A DNA stretch of 64,000 nt from the human T2T-CHM13v2.0 reference genome, Homo sapiens. Below the pieces are notes generated by a model that did not search any database, was not told the origin of the DNA, and was given only the letters and a program-made list of their open reading frames with translations. The translations under genes and the position numbers were made by a program. Location: the NCBI RefSeq assembly GCF_009914755.1, contig NC_060930.1. One strand, given 5' to 3'. This document shows positions 1 to 14,646 of this stretch, piece after piece; the first letter of the stretch is position 1; every line of letters begins with the position of its first letter.

Positions 1-46
1 TAATACAGTGACGATTAGATAACATTTTAAACTGCATTGGAAAGTG

Positions 47-359
<313 letters not shown>

Positions 360-391
360 TGGAAAGTGTGACTGTTTAAAAATCACTGTGT

Positions 392-455
392 GCCAGGCTT
401 GGTGGCTCACACCTGTAATCCTAGCACTTTGGGAGGCTGAAGCAGGCGGATCACT
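392..455 (+). mobile_element. Alu 5' fragment (first ~64 nt only)
   Basis: gccaggcttggtggctcacacctgtaatcctagcactttgggaggctgaagcaggcggatcact, then similarity ends abruptly. Confidence 0.9.
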
Positions 456-570
456 GCCTCTTCAGTAATGCCTGTTCTTCTACCTCTGGCTTGCTCTTGA
501 ATTCTGTCCTGGGCAAAGCCAAGAACTCAGCAGGCTAAGCTGCACTTTGGGGCTTGCCTGCCCTGCATCA
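456..570 (+). mobile_element. MER41-like ERV1 LTR 3' end fragment
   Basis: aattctgtcctgggcaaagccaagaac...ggggcttgcctgccctgcatca matches the recalled MER41 3' terminus, ending in ..CA. Confidence 0.7.
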
Positions 571-1149
571 ATTGTATCATTACACAAAAACATTCCTGCT
601 CCTCATTCATTATTGGAAATACAGTACCCTAAACAGTTAAAGTTTAACATTGAGTAAATCAGTTTCCAGCAGCTAAAAACAAAATATCCTCACCTAAATT
701 GTTTCAAATATAGAATGGATAATATTTAATTTAGAAATTATGCATGGCAACTATAAAGTTTAGTTATGACTTTACGTTAATGCCTTGCTCAGTAAGTGCA
801 CAATTGAGAACTGCATACTTCTCTTTGTTGTAAAGGTAGGCCGAAAGTTTTTGGAGTGGATTGTCACTGAAGATCCCACCTCTAACTTTCTCCATGTTTT
901 ATATCAGACTTGGCTTGATTGAGAGATTAGCTTCCTGTGCTAGAAACACTACTCAACTTTAAATCATAAGACGTGGATCTGAGCCCTGGCTCTGCTACTC
1001 CTAAGCTGTGTAAAACTGGACAGCCCACTTAAGCATGATTAAAAGAGAAAGAAAATGTATATAAGTATCTGAGGTCAGTGCCTGGTACACAGGTGGCATT
1101 TAATAAGGATGGGCAAGACATGTAGTTAGATCTACAGTGTAACAATTAG

Positions 1150-1390
1150 GAGTGAAGGGCTGTGGAGGGAAACAGAACAAGGTTCAAATTCTGATTCTGC
1201 CACTTTCTGGTTTAACAGTTGAACGAATTGCTTGGACTCTCTAAGCTTCAGGTTTCTCCTCTGTGGAAAGGAGGAAATAATTCCCACAACCTACAGTTCT
1301 CTGCAAATATTAAAAACCATAATCCATAAGAATAATTTAGCATAGTGCTGGCACACTGTACATTCTTAATATTTTTCTGGTTATTATTAA
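1150..1390 (+). mobile_element. MIR (a second MIR-like piece at ~965-1110)
   Basis: ggttcaaattctgattctgccact...ctctctaagcttcaggtttctcctctgt...tttagcatagtgctggcaca MIR core and tail. Confidence 0.6.
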
Positions 1391-2694
1391 TGTTATTTAA
1401 TGTTTCAGAATAGATGCTTTAACCATTCCAAGTTTTTGGATGTTTTAAATACAAAGATATTGAAATAAAATATTTTTTGGGCTACTTTTTTTAAAATTAA
1501 ATTCAGAGTAATTCTAAATTATTGTAAGCTAAAACCTGAACTTTAAAACGATAATAATGGTATTAGCAAAAATAAAATGTAAGAAAAGACAATTTTATCA
1601 CCAGGATTTAATACATAGAAGATGCATTCAACTCATATGCTTTCTCTCAAAGTGTGTTTTATTGGAATACCAAGATAGGTAAAGCACACTCTAATTTATA
1701 TATATATAAATTATTTTATATTAATATATATATATTCATTTTATCACTTCTGAGGCATTGGGAAATGACCTTCTCCCAGATTATCCCCTGTTCCCTTGTA
1801 CTCAATAGTCAACCATTAGAGATTTAATCCTTTTACTTAAAAATATATTCCCTGGAAAGAAAACAACAGGCTATCAGATGTGAACATCTAAGTGGAAATG
1901 AGGTTATCAGAAGCATTCCAAAAGAGAGCATGGATGCATAAATATTCCAGAAACAGAAATAGCAACTTACGAAAGGGAAAAGAAAGGTGAACAGATGCTG
2001 TGAAGATAAACTTCACTTTTTTCCCAGCTAAAACTGTCTCCAAACATTGGCAGAGAAGACCAGGAACTTTTTATAGATAACAACTGCTTTTTCTTTTTTA
2101 AATCATATGTGTTCTTGCATTTCTGTAATCACGAGAAACAAATTTAATTTAAAGATGCCAAAGGCTTTAGCCTCCTTTTTTCTTTTATATTGTGTCGGTA
2201 ATCCAGATATTTCTGATATTTACATTAAAAGAACATGATACTGCTAATAGAAAACTGCCCTATCAAAATGTTTTTATAGTATCTGCTCTGGAGCTATAAT
2301 TTTACTAAGGGTGACACAATAAAATGACAAACTTTTTAAAAATCACCTATTTTTAGTCTTTTCTTACATATAAAAATACACGTTAGATTGGCAGTTCTGA
2401 CTTTTGGCAACCAAAAGCACAGCTTCAGAAAAGTATAATTATAAAATCACTCTAAAACTATTTTGTCATGTAGTATGTCAGGTAAATAATGGTTGCTTTA
2501 GTGAGAAAGAGAAAAAGAATGAGAGACTATTCGTAATTAAATGAGTCTAAGAGAGAAATGACAACTAAAGGCAATAAGTGATCTTGGACTGAAACTAGAG
2601 GTATAAAGGACACTTTAAAAATGGTTGCTTTAATGTGAAAATTATTTTAGTAACTGGTTATGCAAATTTAGGCATTTGTTCAAGTGAAGGTTAA

Positions 2695-3207
<513 letters not shown>

Positions 3208-4504
3208 TAAGAGTGTCCTCACCTTAGCTCCTCTCTCTCAATTGTTTGTCTAGTATTCTTTGCACCTGTGCAGACATTTTATATATAAGGAGGCAACGCA
3301 GAGAGAAAGAAATGTTCTTCAAACTTTATGGTCAAGGTTATCAAATACTGACACTGGGGTTTTATAACAGCTAAAGATGGGTCTTTGCAGATGAGACAGT
3401 CTTCATAATTGGGGTCTTTTCACCATTTCACATAGAGTTTAACTGAACTGTTTGTATTACGATGAAATCTTTAGCTATTCAAATATGAATCATGGATATT
3501 TATAACCCAGTGTTGTCCAATTTAACATTTCATGGTTCTAGCTGCTGAAGCCAGAAAAGAGCATCAGAAGGCAAACCTTTAAATGTCTTCGAAGTTCATT
3601 TTAAGTACTGCCCTCAAATTCTGCGTAGGTTTCTAAAGCTTGCTCATTTTCTAAGAGTCTACTACATCTAATGGATGGCAAGAAGTCCAATGAGCCTCTG
3701 GATCTGGGTGAGATGAAGAGCCACCTCCTCTCTGTCTGCGGAGAGGGAAGCACTCTGAGAATAGACACTCCTGCAATTTGGCACATTGTTTTCAGCCCTA
3801 ACTGAAACTAGGAAATGCAGGGAAGTGTGATCATGAAAATAACAGGATCAGAGGAGTGTAGAAATTAGCTGGCTTTTTTCCCCTACAAAATTCATAAAAA
3901 CAGACTATCTTAAGTGTGGGGTATGATTTCTGGGTTTTATGTAAGAAGAGATGTCTTACAGCTGAAACCATGAAACCAACAAGAGAATATCTTTCACCTC
4001 CCTGTGACTCAAGGCACATTGCAAGAATGCTGCGTAGAAGTACATCCAACAAAACTGACCCAAAAGCACAAATGCAGGAGTGGGGCTGGAGATGGTGATT
4101 CTTTCTAATTAAAGTCCTGGCTCATGTAGTTGTGGGTATTCTGTGAGACTACATACGAGTATTTAGTGCAATGCCTGCTTTGTGGAAGTGCTCAATACAC
4201 AGTCATTGGCAGAGTGGTTGTTAAGACTTCATTCTAACTTTCAGAGCATCCTCATGACACTTCATTCATGGAGAGCAGTGTTTCTTTGTTAACAAAAATC
4301 CACATAAATCATGGGCAGTTGGGGAAATTTTTCCTTACCATCAGAAACTTTGAAAATGACCTCTCAAGGTAGGAAGGAGACAGATTATATACATGTGTGT
4401 TCAACTGTAAATCCCTTGAATGAGTTTTATCTCCCCCCTCACAATGCCCAGCATAATGCGTGACATGACATATAATATGACCTAATAAATGTTGCCATCT
4501 AGGG

Positions 4505-4745
4505 TAGGGGGTAAGAGCATAAACTCTGGAGCCAAGCTGTTTTATTCTTGGCTCTCCTGCGTAGCTATGTCATCATGGACAAGTGACCTAACCTCTTCGT
4601 GGTTCAGTATCCTCAACTGTGAGGTAAGGACATGAATAGTTTCTACCTCCTTGGTTTGCCATGAGGAGTAAATGAATTAGGACATGTAGATTGTTCATAA
4701 TACTGCCTACTACCTTGGTATGCTATCTGTTTGCTATTATTGTTA
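4505..4745 (+). mobile_element. MIR, preceded by an L2 3' remnant at ~4404-4494
   Basis: taagagcataaactctggagcc...ggacaagtgacctaacctc...cagtatcctcaactgt...gaggagtaaatga. Confidence 0.7.
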
Positions 4746-7544
4746 TGATGACGAAGAAGATGATGCCCACTCCCCACCCAAAGCACTAACTTTAGAAATA
4801 CCTTACAGCTTAAGGACACACCCTCTGCCTCCTTTTCTGGTACTTAGTGACCGTCTAAGAAATAAATATGGTTGTTCTTTTTATATCTGTTAATAGCACG
4901 TGATAATAGCTACTAAGTGAAACCCTTTCTACCTGGTTGTAATTTTTTTTTCAAGAAAAAAATTTTTTACAACAATTTTTTTTCAAGATGCCAAGGAAGT
5001 TGTCAAGCACCTCTGCTATAATTCTCAACAGGCAAAATTGAGTTTTTTTCTTATTACTTTGTAAGCATCATTTGAAAAATGATTAGAACTCTGATATTTA
5101 TGCTATATTTAGGAAAATACAACATTTTCTAAATTATTGGGATAACTATATATACTAGTAGTATTGTCTAACCCTACTGGGGCTTTGGAGGGTATCAAAT
5201 TAGCTTATTCAAGAATAAATAGAGCACAATAAACCTATTCTCTCTAAAAGTCAATATATAATGCTGTTAATTTGCCTTGAGTACTGGATTTGGCAGAATA
5301 ATTGTGCCAAGAAACTGACACTACAAAAAATCATTATTCTGATAAAAACAGGTAAGAATAAGCCAACGACTGAGCTGCAGAAAGAAAAAATGTGTCAGGA
5401 AGTAGTTTCTGCCATGAAATGAGAATCCAAGGCCTGTCATTGGCCTCAGCATGAGCAAGAGCATTCTCTCTTGCAAATTGCCCTCATTGCAGCTGAATGA
5501 TCATATCTCCACCTGTGCAGCAATTCTTTCACCCAGTCGTTTCCATAAGCAGTGTGAAAACTGCATCTCACATCTCCTTAGTCAACTGTGCTAGTGGATG
5601 AAACAACAATGACATCAAACGGAGTGTGTACTAGATTCATTTATCATGTGGACAGGACCATCAACTAATGTCTGGATTATATCCGACCTTATGTTCTAAA
5701 ATGCTGAAGGAACAGCAGCTCTCTCCTCCGAAAGGCAGTAATTGTTTCCAATTTAAGTTAACAAGTCCCATATAAAGCATCCCTGTTTCTCCTTTGTTTT
5801 CTGGAATCTATAACAACAGTTTGAAAGGAATAAGAGTCAAAGGCCAGAGAGAGAAGACTAGGAAGAGATAGAGGCAAAGAAGGGAAGGAGGAGGTGCTGT
5901 GGAACCCGGGAGACCTGCTCAGACTACAAGCTTTGCACGTCACAGATGGAACTACAGTGAGCAAATTCCCCTCCCCTCCCCAGCCTCAATTTCCTTAGGA
6001 AAAGGGAATGATAAAATCTTTCTACAGTTGTTCTCAGAATTTAATGAAATATTAACCACCTAGCACAATGAATAATAGTATTATTAAAATTATCTTTCAA
6101 AATGAATCTTCTTCTTGGCCTTTGCTATGGAACAGAGACCTCATTGTTCCCTTGTGTAAGATAATTGAAGTCAAGCTAGAGTAGACCTTGGAAGGTGAAA
6201 TGAAGTCATTTGGAGTCCATAGATGACCAGGACACCGCAACCCTGAGTTTACAGGGAGTAAACTCTGGGTTTACTGGACCACTGAGTCTCTATATTGGCA
6301 GGGAGATCATCATATGAAATTCAGTCAGGTCAGCCTAGAAGACCCTCCTTATGCTCTCCTATCTTCATCTCCTCTGCTGCTTAATCAAGCAGCATCACAA
6401 TCTTCACCCCTCTTACCCAAGCCATTGCAAGAAGAGGAAACTATTACATCTAATATTGTGGCTATGGAGGCTTAGCAGGAGACTTACAAAAGAGCTCTTC
6501 GTATTGCAAACTTCCTGACAGCTTGGAAGCCATCACCATTACATTTGCAAACCCCTTTTATGGTTACCTTAAATGTAGAGAATGTTAAGAGCCTAGAGAA
6601 AGCATGTGCCTACAATGTGAGTACTTGAGGCGTATCCCTATACTTGCATGGGAAGGATGATGTTTTTTATTATTTACTTTGCCAATTGTTATTGTTACAG
6701 CATCTGTGCCTAACCTCTGAGTCTGAGGCATGAAATTAATAATCCACAAACCACATAGGGAGAAAAAGGGAAAAAAAGTTTAATTTCCATGTATCCCAAG
6801 TTCACATATAAAAAAAAAAAAGAGCAAGAGGGCTAAGTTATAAAGCAGAGGGAAAAAACACACAAAAGTCGGGGTATGTAGTTAGAAGAAAAGAACTCTG
6901 AAGTCACACAACACCTTCTTCAGGCGAAGGAGCACAATATGGGATCAGTTCTCTGTCTATCGCCTCTGCCCCAATAATACCCAGGGGACAGAGTTTAGTG
7001 CTGTTCTAGGCAGAGAAGAAAAGGCAAGAGAAAGGATTGCTTTTTTCTCTTTCACTTTCTGTCTTGGTTAAGCTCCAAGGAAAAGTGAGCTTCCAGTGGC
7101 AGGGAGTGAATGAGACTGCAGAGAGGTTTTGTTTTACTGCTTTAAATTCAGTTTAATAAAATCTCTACCAGAAAACATCCTGACGATGTATCTTCAGCTA
7201 AGAGATGGGCAACTCTACCTATTCACCACCAGGCAACCCACCCCTTCTCCAACCCTTCTGTCCTCTATTAAATGCCCAAGAAATACATAAGAAAGGACAG
7301 GGAGATGCCATACTGTTCAATCAACGTTTTTTTTTTTTTCAGTTCTTGTGGAAAAATAAACTCACACCAAGAAACATGCCCTAAACACATCTATAATGTA
7401 CTAGGCTTCATTGCTTTCTTCATTGCATTCCTCGACAACACAGACCCTCATTCTCATTTCATCATCAGGAGATATGGTTGGTACCAAATAATTTCGCACA
7501 TTACAGTCTTGATTGTATGCTTCATTAAGAGCATAGGGTTTGAA

Positions 7545-8940
7545 CACAGGCAAGAAAATTAAAAAAAATAGATAAATTGAACTTTATAAAATTAAAAATT
7601 TTGTGCATCAAAGAACACTATCAACAGAGTGAAGACACAACCCATGGGATGGGAGAAGATATTTATAAATCATGTATCTGATAAGGGATTAATAACCACA
7701 ATATATAAATAATTTTTACAACTCAGCAACAATAAAACGACTCTCCCATTAAAAAAAAAAAAAGCAAATGACTTAAACAGAACTTTCTCTAAAGAAGATT
7801 TACAAATAGTCAATAATCCTTAATGAAATACAAATCAAAACCACAATGAGATACAAATTAGGGTGAAAACTATAAATAAAAACAAAAAAGTCTTGGCCAG
7901 AATGTGGAGAAATTACTTGGAATCCTTGTGCATTACTAGTGAGAATATAAAATGCTCCAGCCACCATAAAAAACAGTAGGGCAGTTCCTCAAAAAATTAA
8001 ACAGAATAACCATAGGGTATAGCAATTCCACTTCGGGGTATATATCCTGCTGTGTTTTGGATGTGGTTCATTTCTGCCAGAACTCATGTTGCAATTTAAT
8101 TGCCAGTGTAACAGTGATGGGGGATGGAGCCTTTAAGAGGTGATCAGGTCTTTAAGGTAGATTGTCTTTCTTGAAAGACTTGTTTAGTTTTTGAGGAAAT
8201 GGATTAATTGTCACAGAGTGGATTGTTACAAAAGCAAGCTCGGCTTCCTCAGCTTTCTCGGCTTTTGCCTTTCTTGCATCCTCTCTAGTCCTTTTGCCTC
8301 TACCATGTTATGACTGAGTAAAAAGGCCCTCACCAGAAGCCAAGCAGATGCTTGTGCCATGCCCTTGGACTTCCCAGCCTCCATAACTGTAATAAATAAG
8401 TTTCTTTTCTTTATAAATTACCCAGTCTATAGTATTCTTTTACAGCAACAGAAAACAGACACATCTAAGAGAATTGAAAGTAGGGACTCAAACAGACATT
8501 GAAACACTCATGTTCATAGAGGCATATTATTCATAACAGCCAAAAGGTGGAAGCCACCTATCTATGCCTTAAAAAGGAATGAAGTTCTGATAAATGCTAT
8601 AACATGGATGAACTCCAGAGACGTGCTAAGTGAAATCAGACAGATGCAAAAGGACAAATAGTATATGATTCCACTTACATGAGGTACTTCGAGTAGTCAA
8701 ATTCATAGAGACGGAAAGTAGAATGGTGTTTGCCAGGGGCTGGAGGGAAGAGGGAAATTAGGAGTTATTGCATAATAGACACAGTATTTCAATTTGGAAA
8801 GATGAGCAAAGTTCTGGAGATAATGGTGATGATGCTTGCAAAACAGTGTGAATGTACTTAATACCATTGAAATCCACACTAAAAATAGTTAAAACGGTAT
8901 GATATGCATATTTTATTATAAAAAAGTAAGAATTGAATTT
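7545..8940 (+). mobile_element. L1MB-type LINE-1 3' part (ORF2 end and 3'UTR), split by an MST LTR
   Basis: aaatcaaaaccacaatgagatac, gcaattccactt, aacatggatgaac, and L1MB 3'UTR gttctggagataatggtgatg...gtgaatgtacttaat. Confidence 0.85.
8048..8463 (+). mobile_element. MST-family MaLR solo LTR inserted into L1MB
   Basis: Starts tgctgtgttttggatgt; ends cttggacttcccagcctcc...ttataaattacccagtc...cagcaacagaaaacagac. The L1 resumes colinearly on both sides. Confidence 0.85.
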
Positions 8941-8949
8941 TAAAAAGAA

Positions 8950-9170
8950 CATAAGGTATGGAGTCAAAGTTTCAAGGTTGGTAGCCCAGCTACCCTACAC
9001 ACTAATTGTGAAGCAAGTAATTTAACCTCTTTGTGCCTCTGTTTTCTTCTGTAAAATGGGATAATCAGTGTGCCTGTATCATAAGGTTGCTTTGAAGTTT
9101 ATATGAAATAATGAAAGAAAAATCCTTGTTCATAATGAATGTACAATATGTGTGAATTATTATTGTTGTT
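8950..9170 (+). mobile_element. MIR
   Basis: gcaagtaatttaacctctttgtgcctctgttttcttctgtaaaatgggataat core. Confidence 0.7.
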
Positions 9171-10669
9171 ATTTTTTTGTATGGATGCTAAACACTCCTT
9201 GATGCCATGAAAACAATATCTGTTCCTTTTCTGCTTCTCCCACAGAGAATTTTCTATATATTGCTAAATATTTATTGACGGATTTATGTATTCATACACA
9301 AAGGTGAACCTATTGACTCAATATCAGTGGTTGTTTTTCCAACACATAATATAAATTAATATTGATCAATTCATATTCTTGAATAAGTCCCCTTAAACCA
9401 AAGATATGCATTTATAGACAGCTGGCTAAAGATGAGCTATTATCTTGAAAAGGACGTAATTCACAGTACTATGTTCCCATGCCAAGGGAATCATAAGATC
9501 TTACCCTTATTATTATTGTAACTGACCTATAGAACCAGCCATAGAGTATAAAACCACATAATTGAGACACCACCATCTAAAGAAAGATGCAAGGTAAGTT
9601 GAATAGATAAAACCCTTGAGCCCATTAAACAGATAACCTCTTGGATTTTTAAACATCACCAACAATGATTAAGGTGTGAAGGACATAGAAAGCAACACTA
9701 ATAAACTCTGGCCCTGATGAGGTGTGGAACCCTCATTACATTTAAGGGTAAATGTATTGAGGATGCTGCTAGTTTCAAGTTTTGACAGCATGAAATATTG
9801 GGCATTAGCTAATTCTCTTCATTTTAAACCAAACTATTTTTAAATCAATGCCTCTACCCAAAAATTGCTATAATAAATTATTAACATCCATTCTCAAATA
9901 AAACCAATTATTTCTTAAATGAACAGCATTTTCACAAGCTTTTCTTAAGACAAATTTTTTTTTTTAAGCCTTGGGTTGATGCTGGCTTCTAAAATCTTCT
10001 ATTGGAATGAGAGAAAATTCACTTAAGGGATTATTTCTCCAACAGTTTGAGTGACTATTTCCCCCAGATATATTTTTCAGAGCCCATGCCCCAAAGTGTC
10101 ATAATTCCATTAAATCAGTGCACAGCTGGGCAATTCTTTCTTTGCTCACATTATAGTGATCCCCAGGGAATTTATGTAAATCTATGGAAATTCATTTTAA
10201 AGGCAGTGCTTTGAAAGGATGCATCCTCATTAAGTAAACAATTATATCTACAAACAGGCTACAAGCAACATACTGGAGAGCTAAATTAAATTTTCCATCA
10301 GGAAAACTAAACCATCCACTTTCACATTTAGGCTTTACCTAAATGCCACCAAAATTGTAAGACAAAGGATTATGAAGTCAAAACAGGTATCAAGGGAAGT
10401 GTAACTGAGCCACTGTTGCAGGGCATGGCCTCTAGCCTCCTTTCTGGTCCCACTACCTCATTCCACTTTTGGCAATGCTGTAAAGAAAAGATGGCAGTGT
10501 TATAATTTAAGGACTCCTAGGAAAATTTTATCATGTAAGGGTGGAAAGAAATGACCACTTCTACTTCCTACAAAGGGCATTCCAAGTCAACCCCAAGAAA
10601 CTCTGATAAGACCAGAGAGTCTGAAACATAAAGGATAGGGTCTTGTGTGCCAGAAAGAGGACAAGCTTT

Positions 10670-10845
10670 ATTGTTAGACTTGCCTACATTTCAACTCTAA
10701 CTCCTTCACTTATTAGCTGAGTGGCCTCAGTTTCATTTGTAAATTGGGGATAATACTACTTCTTGACAGTGTTATAGATTTTTAATAAGGAAAACTACAT
10801 AAAGTATTTAGTCAGGGGCCTGGAACATGGTTGGCATTCAAATGC
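10670..10845 (+). mobile_element. MIR
   Basis: cacttattagctgagtggcctcagtttcatttgtaaattggggataatact...aaagtatttagtcaggggcctggaacat. Confidence 0.65.
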
Positions 10846-11544
10846 CTTTACCTGGACCACAAGGTGAAGAAGGCTGAACAAGATGTGGGCTACAGAAATG
10901 AGGAGCTAAGTGGGAGGGAAAGAAACTTCTCTACTTAAAAATGTGGGGTCCTCAAGCAACTTTGTGTCTTCCATCTTAGTAGCTCTATTTATCTTCCCTA
11001 ATGTTAGAAAAGCAGGACTAAGGCAATCCATGATAACATTGGCTTCAATACCACATCTCTTTCTTCTTAAGCCATTCTAACATTTATTCTTTTTGGCAGA
11101 GATCTCCTCACATCCCAAAATTCCGTACTCTATAGAGGTAACATCTTGGTTCTAAAGTCATAATTAAAAGTGAAATTCCCATAACAAATTTACCCTTAAA
11201 AACCCCTTTGAAAGGTATAACACTGGAACAGTCTCTCAGTAACGCCACCATAGGCCATTTCCCATCCATTATTGGAACAGATTGCTGATTCTTTGGTTGA
11301 GTCCTGGGTGAACCAGCTGGCTTGAGTTTAAGATCTGTATTGTCTCAAAAAATCATATTATATTATATATAAAATCTCTATGTATATAATCTATTATGTA
11401 TAATAGATTCACATTCCATTTAGCTAGATGCTCATAATCCATGAGTTAAGTGGAACTGAGCCCAACTAAAGAAGCAGACTCCCATCTCCTTGTACACATT
11501 GAGTAAAATAATTAGCTTAGATGCTGAAATGTATGTCTGCCTTT

Positions 11545-12168
11545 GTGTTAGATGTCCATCCCTATTCAATCCCCTTCTGAAAAATGTGAAGGAAATAGCC
11601 ATGTCTCCTCAGTACAGGCTGAGATATGGGCAGGTGTTTTAGCCTCAGCACCTCAGTAAGCACAGCATAAAGATTTATGTGCTACTATTTTTTATTAAAG
11701 AGTGAGTGTAAAAGAAAACAAGGTAGGGAAGAAAGAGAAGCTGATTGGAGAGTGTGTTGCTAAACTAGTTAGCACTAATTTAGCCTTCTTCATGTCATAG
11801 AACTTTCCTATGGAAAGCCACATCAACTGTACCTCAAGGCCATAGATAGCTGAGAAGAAAGGGAAAGTATTTATCATTTATCTTATTAGCCATTAGTCCA
11901 AAGTTTGTTCCCTGGGACTTAATTCCCTTGAAATTCCAGACCGTGTATTTGTGGGTACTAAGTAAGATTACTCAAACTTCATTTTCAACAGGGGAGTCCT
12001 GGATTGAGAGGTAAGAAGCACATGGCATGGCCTTAAAGTAAGGCACTGTCAAGTTCCAAGTGAAATCATTCTAAACCCACACACAGCTGGTTACTGCAGC
12101 AGCAGTTGAAACAAAAGAGACATGAAGCTGAAAGACTGTGAATTGGGATATAAGAGGTGTTGGATACA
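11545..12168. mobile_element. Probable old ERVL-class solo LTR
   Basis: TG...CA bounded (tgtgttagatg...gttggataca), with aagatttatgtgctactattttttatt resembling LTR16/LTR33-type LTRs. Family uncertain. Confidence 0.35.
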
Positions 12169-13570
12169 GAATGCAATGATAGACATAGCTCGTTTAGGCT
12201 GTAAAGCTTAGCAACTTCATATTTATTCTCAGGGCATAAAAAGAATATTAAATAAAATATTCCAGTAGTAGTAATGACATCATCAGCATTATTATTACTG
12301 GCATGTTGATTCCTTCTCTCACCTTTAACTCCTTAAATGCTACCAACACTTAAGTCCCTTAGAGAGTAGCTTTCCTTTCCAGATCAATTCAGCCCTTTTG
12401 TCATACCTAGTTAATTGAGAGCTTCTAACCTGGTTTCTCTAATCTTAGTCTCTTCCTAACTGCATTCATATTATTCATAATTGCCATTCTTCTCTAATAG
12501 TTTTCATCAAATCATTTACTTTTCTATGAAAAAAGTGATAATTTTAACTTTTTGGATAAATGTAACATTAAATGTTTTCCCTCCCCATCAAGCTAATAAT
12601 ATTAAATACATTTAATACTTTTTAAATAGAAATTCACCCTGAATTCTTCCTTTTCAGAACACAATTTATGGACTTCCAATCTAAAAAGCAGTATTTGATT
12701 CCATGTCTTCAACAAATCTGTATTCCTAAAAAATATTAAAATGACCTAAAAAAGGTTAAAGGACCTAATGAAAAATATAATGAAAATAAATGTAATAAAA
12801 TGTTCTAGATGAAGTAACTAGCAGTTTAGGTATAACTCAAGAGAGAATTAGGAATTTGGCAGATTTCTCTGAAGAAATTACAGAAAGAATAGACAGAAAA
12901 AAGAAAATGAAACATGTGGAAGAAAGACAAGTGTACATGAATACTTGAATGAGAAGAGCTCAGACAGGAATACTATAAAGGATGAGTGAGAAGAATATTC
13001 AAAGACATTATACTGGAAATTTTTCCAGAATTGATGAAAGTTTCTGGAGAGATACATGAAGGATATCTATGCCTACGCATATTGTAGAAAAATGCAGAAT
13101 CCCACAACTTAAAGGAAAGTCTTAAACCTAATGAGACAGAAGAGACCATCTATAAAGGAATGACAATTAAAATAAAAGCAGACTTCTCAGTAGAAATCAT
13201 GGAAGCTAGAAGTGGAATAATTTCTTCAGGAAATTATTTTTTAAATGATTCTTAATCTACTATTTTATATCTAAAAATTTCTTCAAGATTCAGAGTAAAT
13301 TAAAGATATTTCTAGTATTTTCACATAAAATCTGAGGGACTTACGGAAAGGAAAAGGGTAAGTGAAACAGAAAAATTAACAAGCAGAGGACAAACAGAAA
13401 GATTGCAGAAATAAAGAAAAACATGTCACTAATCACAATATTTATATGTATAGACCAAGCTTGTCACTTAAAAAACAAAAAAAAAATTAAAGCAAACCAA
13501 ACAAATTCAACTATATGCTCTATTTAAGGGACATACATAAAATAAGACAGAAAATGATTTAAATATATGT

Positions 13571-14209
13571 CCATTCTCACCACAGTTATTCAACACAGTA
13601 CTGGAAATCTAGAGAGTCTAAGACAAGAGAAAGAAATAAAGGACATCCAAATTGGAAAGGAAGAAGTCAAATTATCCTTGTCTGCAGAAGATATAATCTT
13701 ATATTAGGAAAAACCTAAAGACTCCACCAAAAACCTGTGAGAACTGATATACAAGTTCAGTAAAGTTGAAGGATACAAAATCAACATACAAAAGTTAGTA
13801 GCATTTCTATGTCACAATAGTGAACAATAGAAAAAGAAATCAAAAAAAGTAATCCCAGTTACAACAGTCACACATAAAATTACATACCTAGGAATTAAAG
13901 AATTGAAATTGAAAGATCTCTGCAATAATAACAATAATAAAAACTACAAAACACTGATGAAAGAAATTGAAGTGGACCTCAAAAAATGGAAAGATATTGT
14001 TAAATGTTCATACTACCCAAAGCAATCTACAGATTCAATGCAATCCCTATCAAAACACCGATGACATTCTTCACAGAAATAGAACAAAAAAATCCTAAAA
14101 TGTATATGGAACCGCAAAAGAACCTTAATTATACTACAGAGCTATACTAACCAAAACTTCATAGTACTGACATAAAAACAGACACATAGAACAACAGAAC
14201 AGAATAGAG
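13571..14209 (+). mobile_element. L1MA (L1MA1-3-like) ORF2 RT-region fragment, forward arm
   Basis: attcaacacagtactggaa...aaattggaaaggaagaagtcaaattatccttgtctgcagaag (FADD region)...aaagcaatctacagattcaatgcaatccctatcaaaa. Confidence 0.9.
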
Positions 14210-14646
14210 CTATCTCTGTAGTATAATTTAAAGTTGGGTAACATAATTCTTCCAGTTTTGTTCTTTTTGCTCAGATTAACTTTGGCTATTCTGGGTCTTT
14301 TGTGGTTCCATATACATTTTAAAATTGCTTTTTTTAAAAAAATTTCTGTGAAGAATGTCATTGGTATTTTTCATTCAATCTGTAGATTGCTTTTGGTAGT
14401 ATGGACATTTTGATGAAACAATATTGATTTTTCCAATCCAAGAATATGGAATATTTTTCCATTTTTTGGTATATTCTTTAATTCCTTTTATCAGTGTTTT
14501 ATAGTTTTTATTATGGAGAGCTTTCCATTTTTTTAATTCCTAGGTATTTAATTTTATGTGTGGCTATTGTGAATGGGATTACTTGTATGATTTTTTTCAG
14601 ATTGTTCAGCACTAGCATATAGAAATACTACTGGTTTTTGTATGTT
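14210..14646 (-). mobile_element. L1MA ORF2 fragment, inverted copy of the adjacent forward segment
   Basis: The reverse complement aligns to 13783-14141. ORF 14134..14361 translates as L1 ORF2p ([26 protein letters not shown]). Confidence 0.9.

Noticed and set aside
1692-1713. 22-bp palindrome TAATT(TA)nAATTA, with a similar one at 18676-18693
   Set aside because: Mostly self-complementary (TA)n core in very AT-rich DNA; expected by chance.
14134-14361. 75-aa ORF similar to a retrotransposon protein
   Set aside because: A fragment of dead L1 ORF2 running across the inversion junction.
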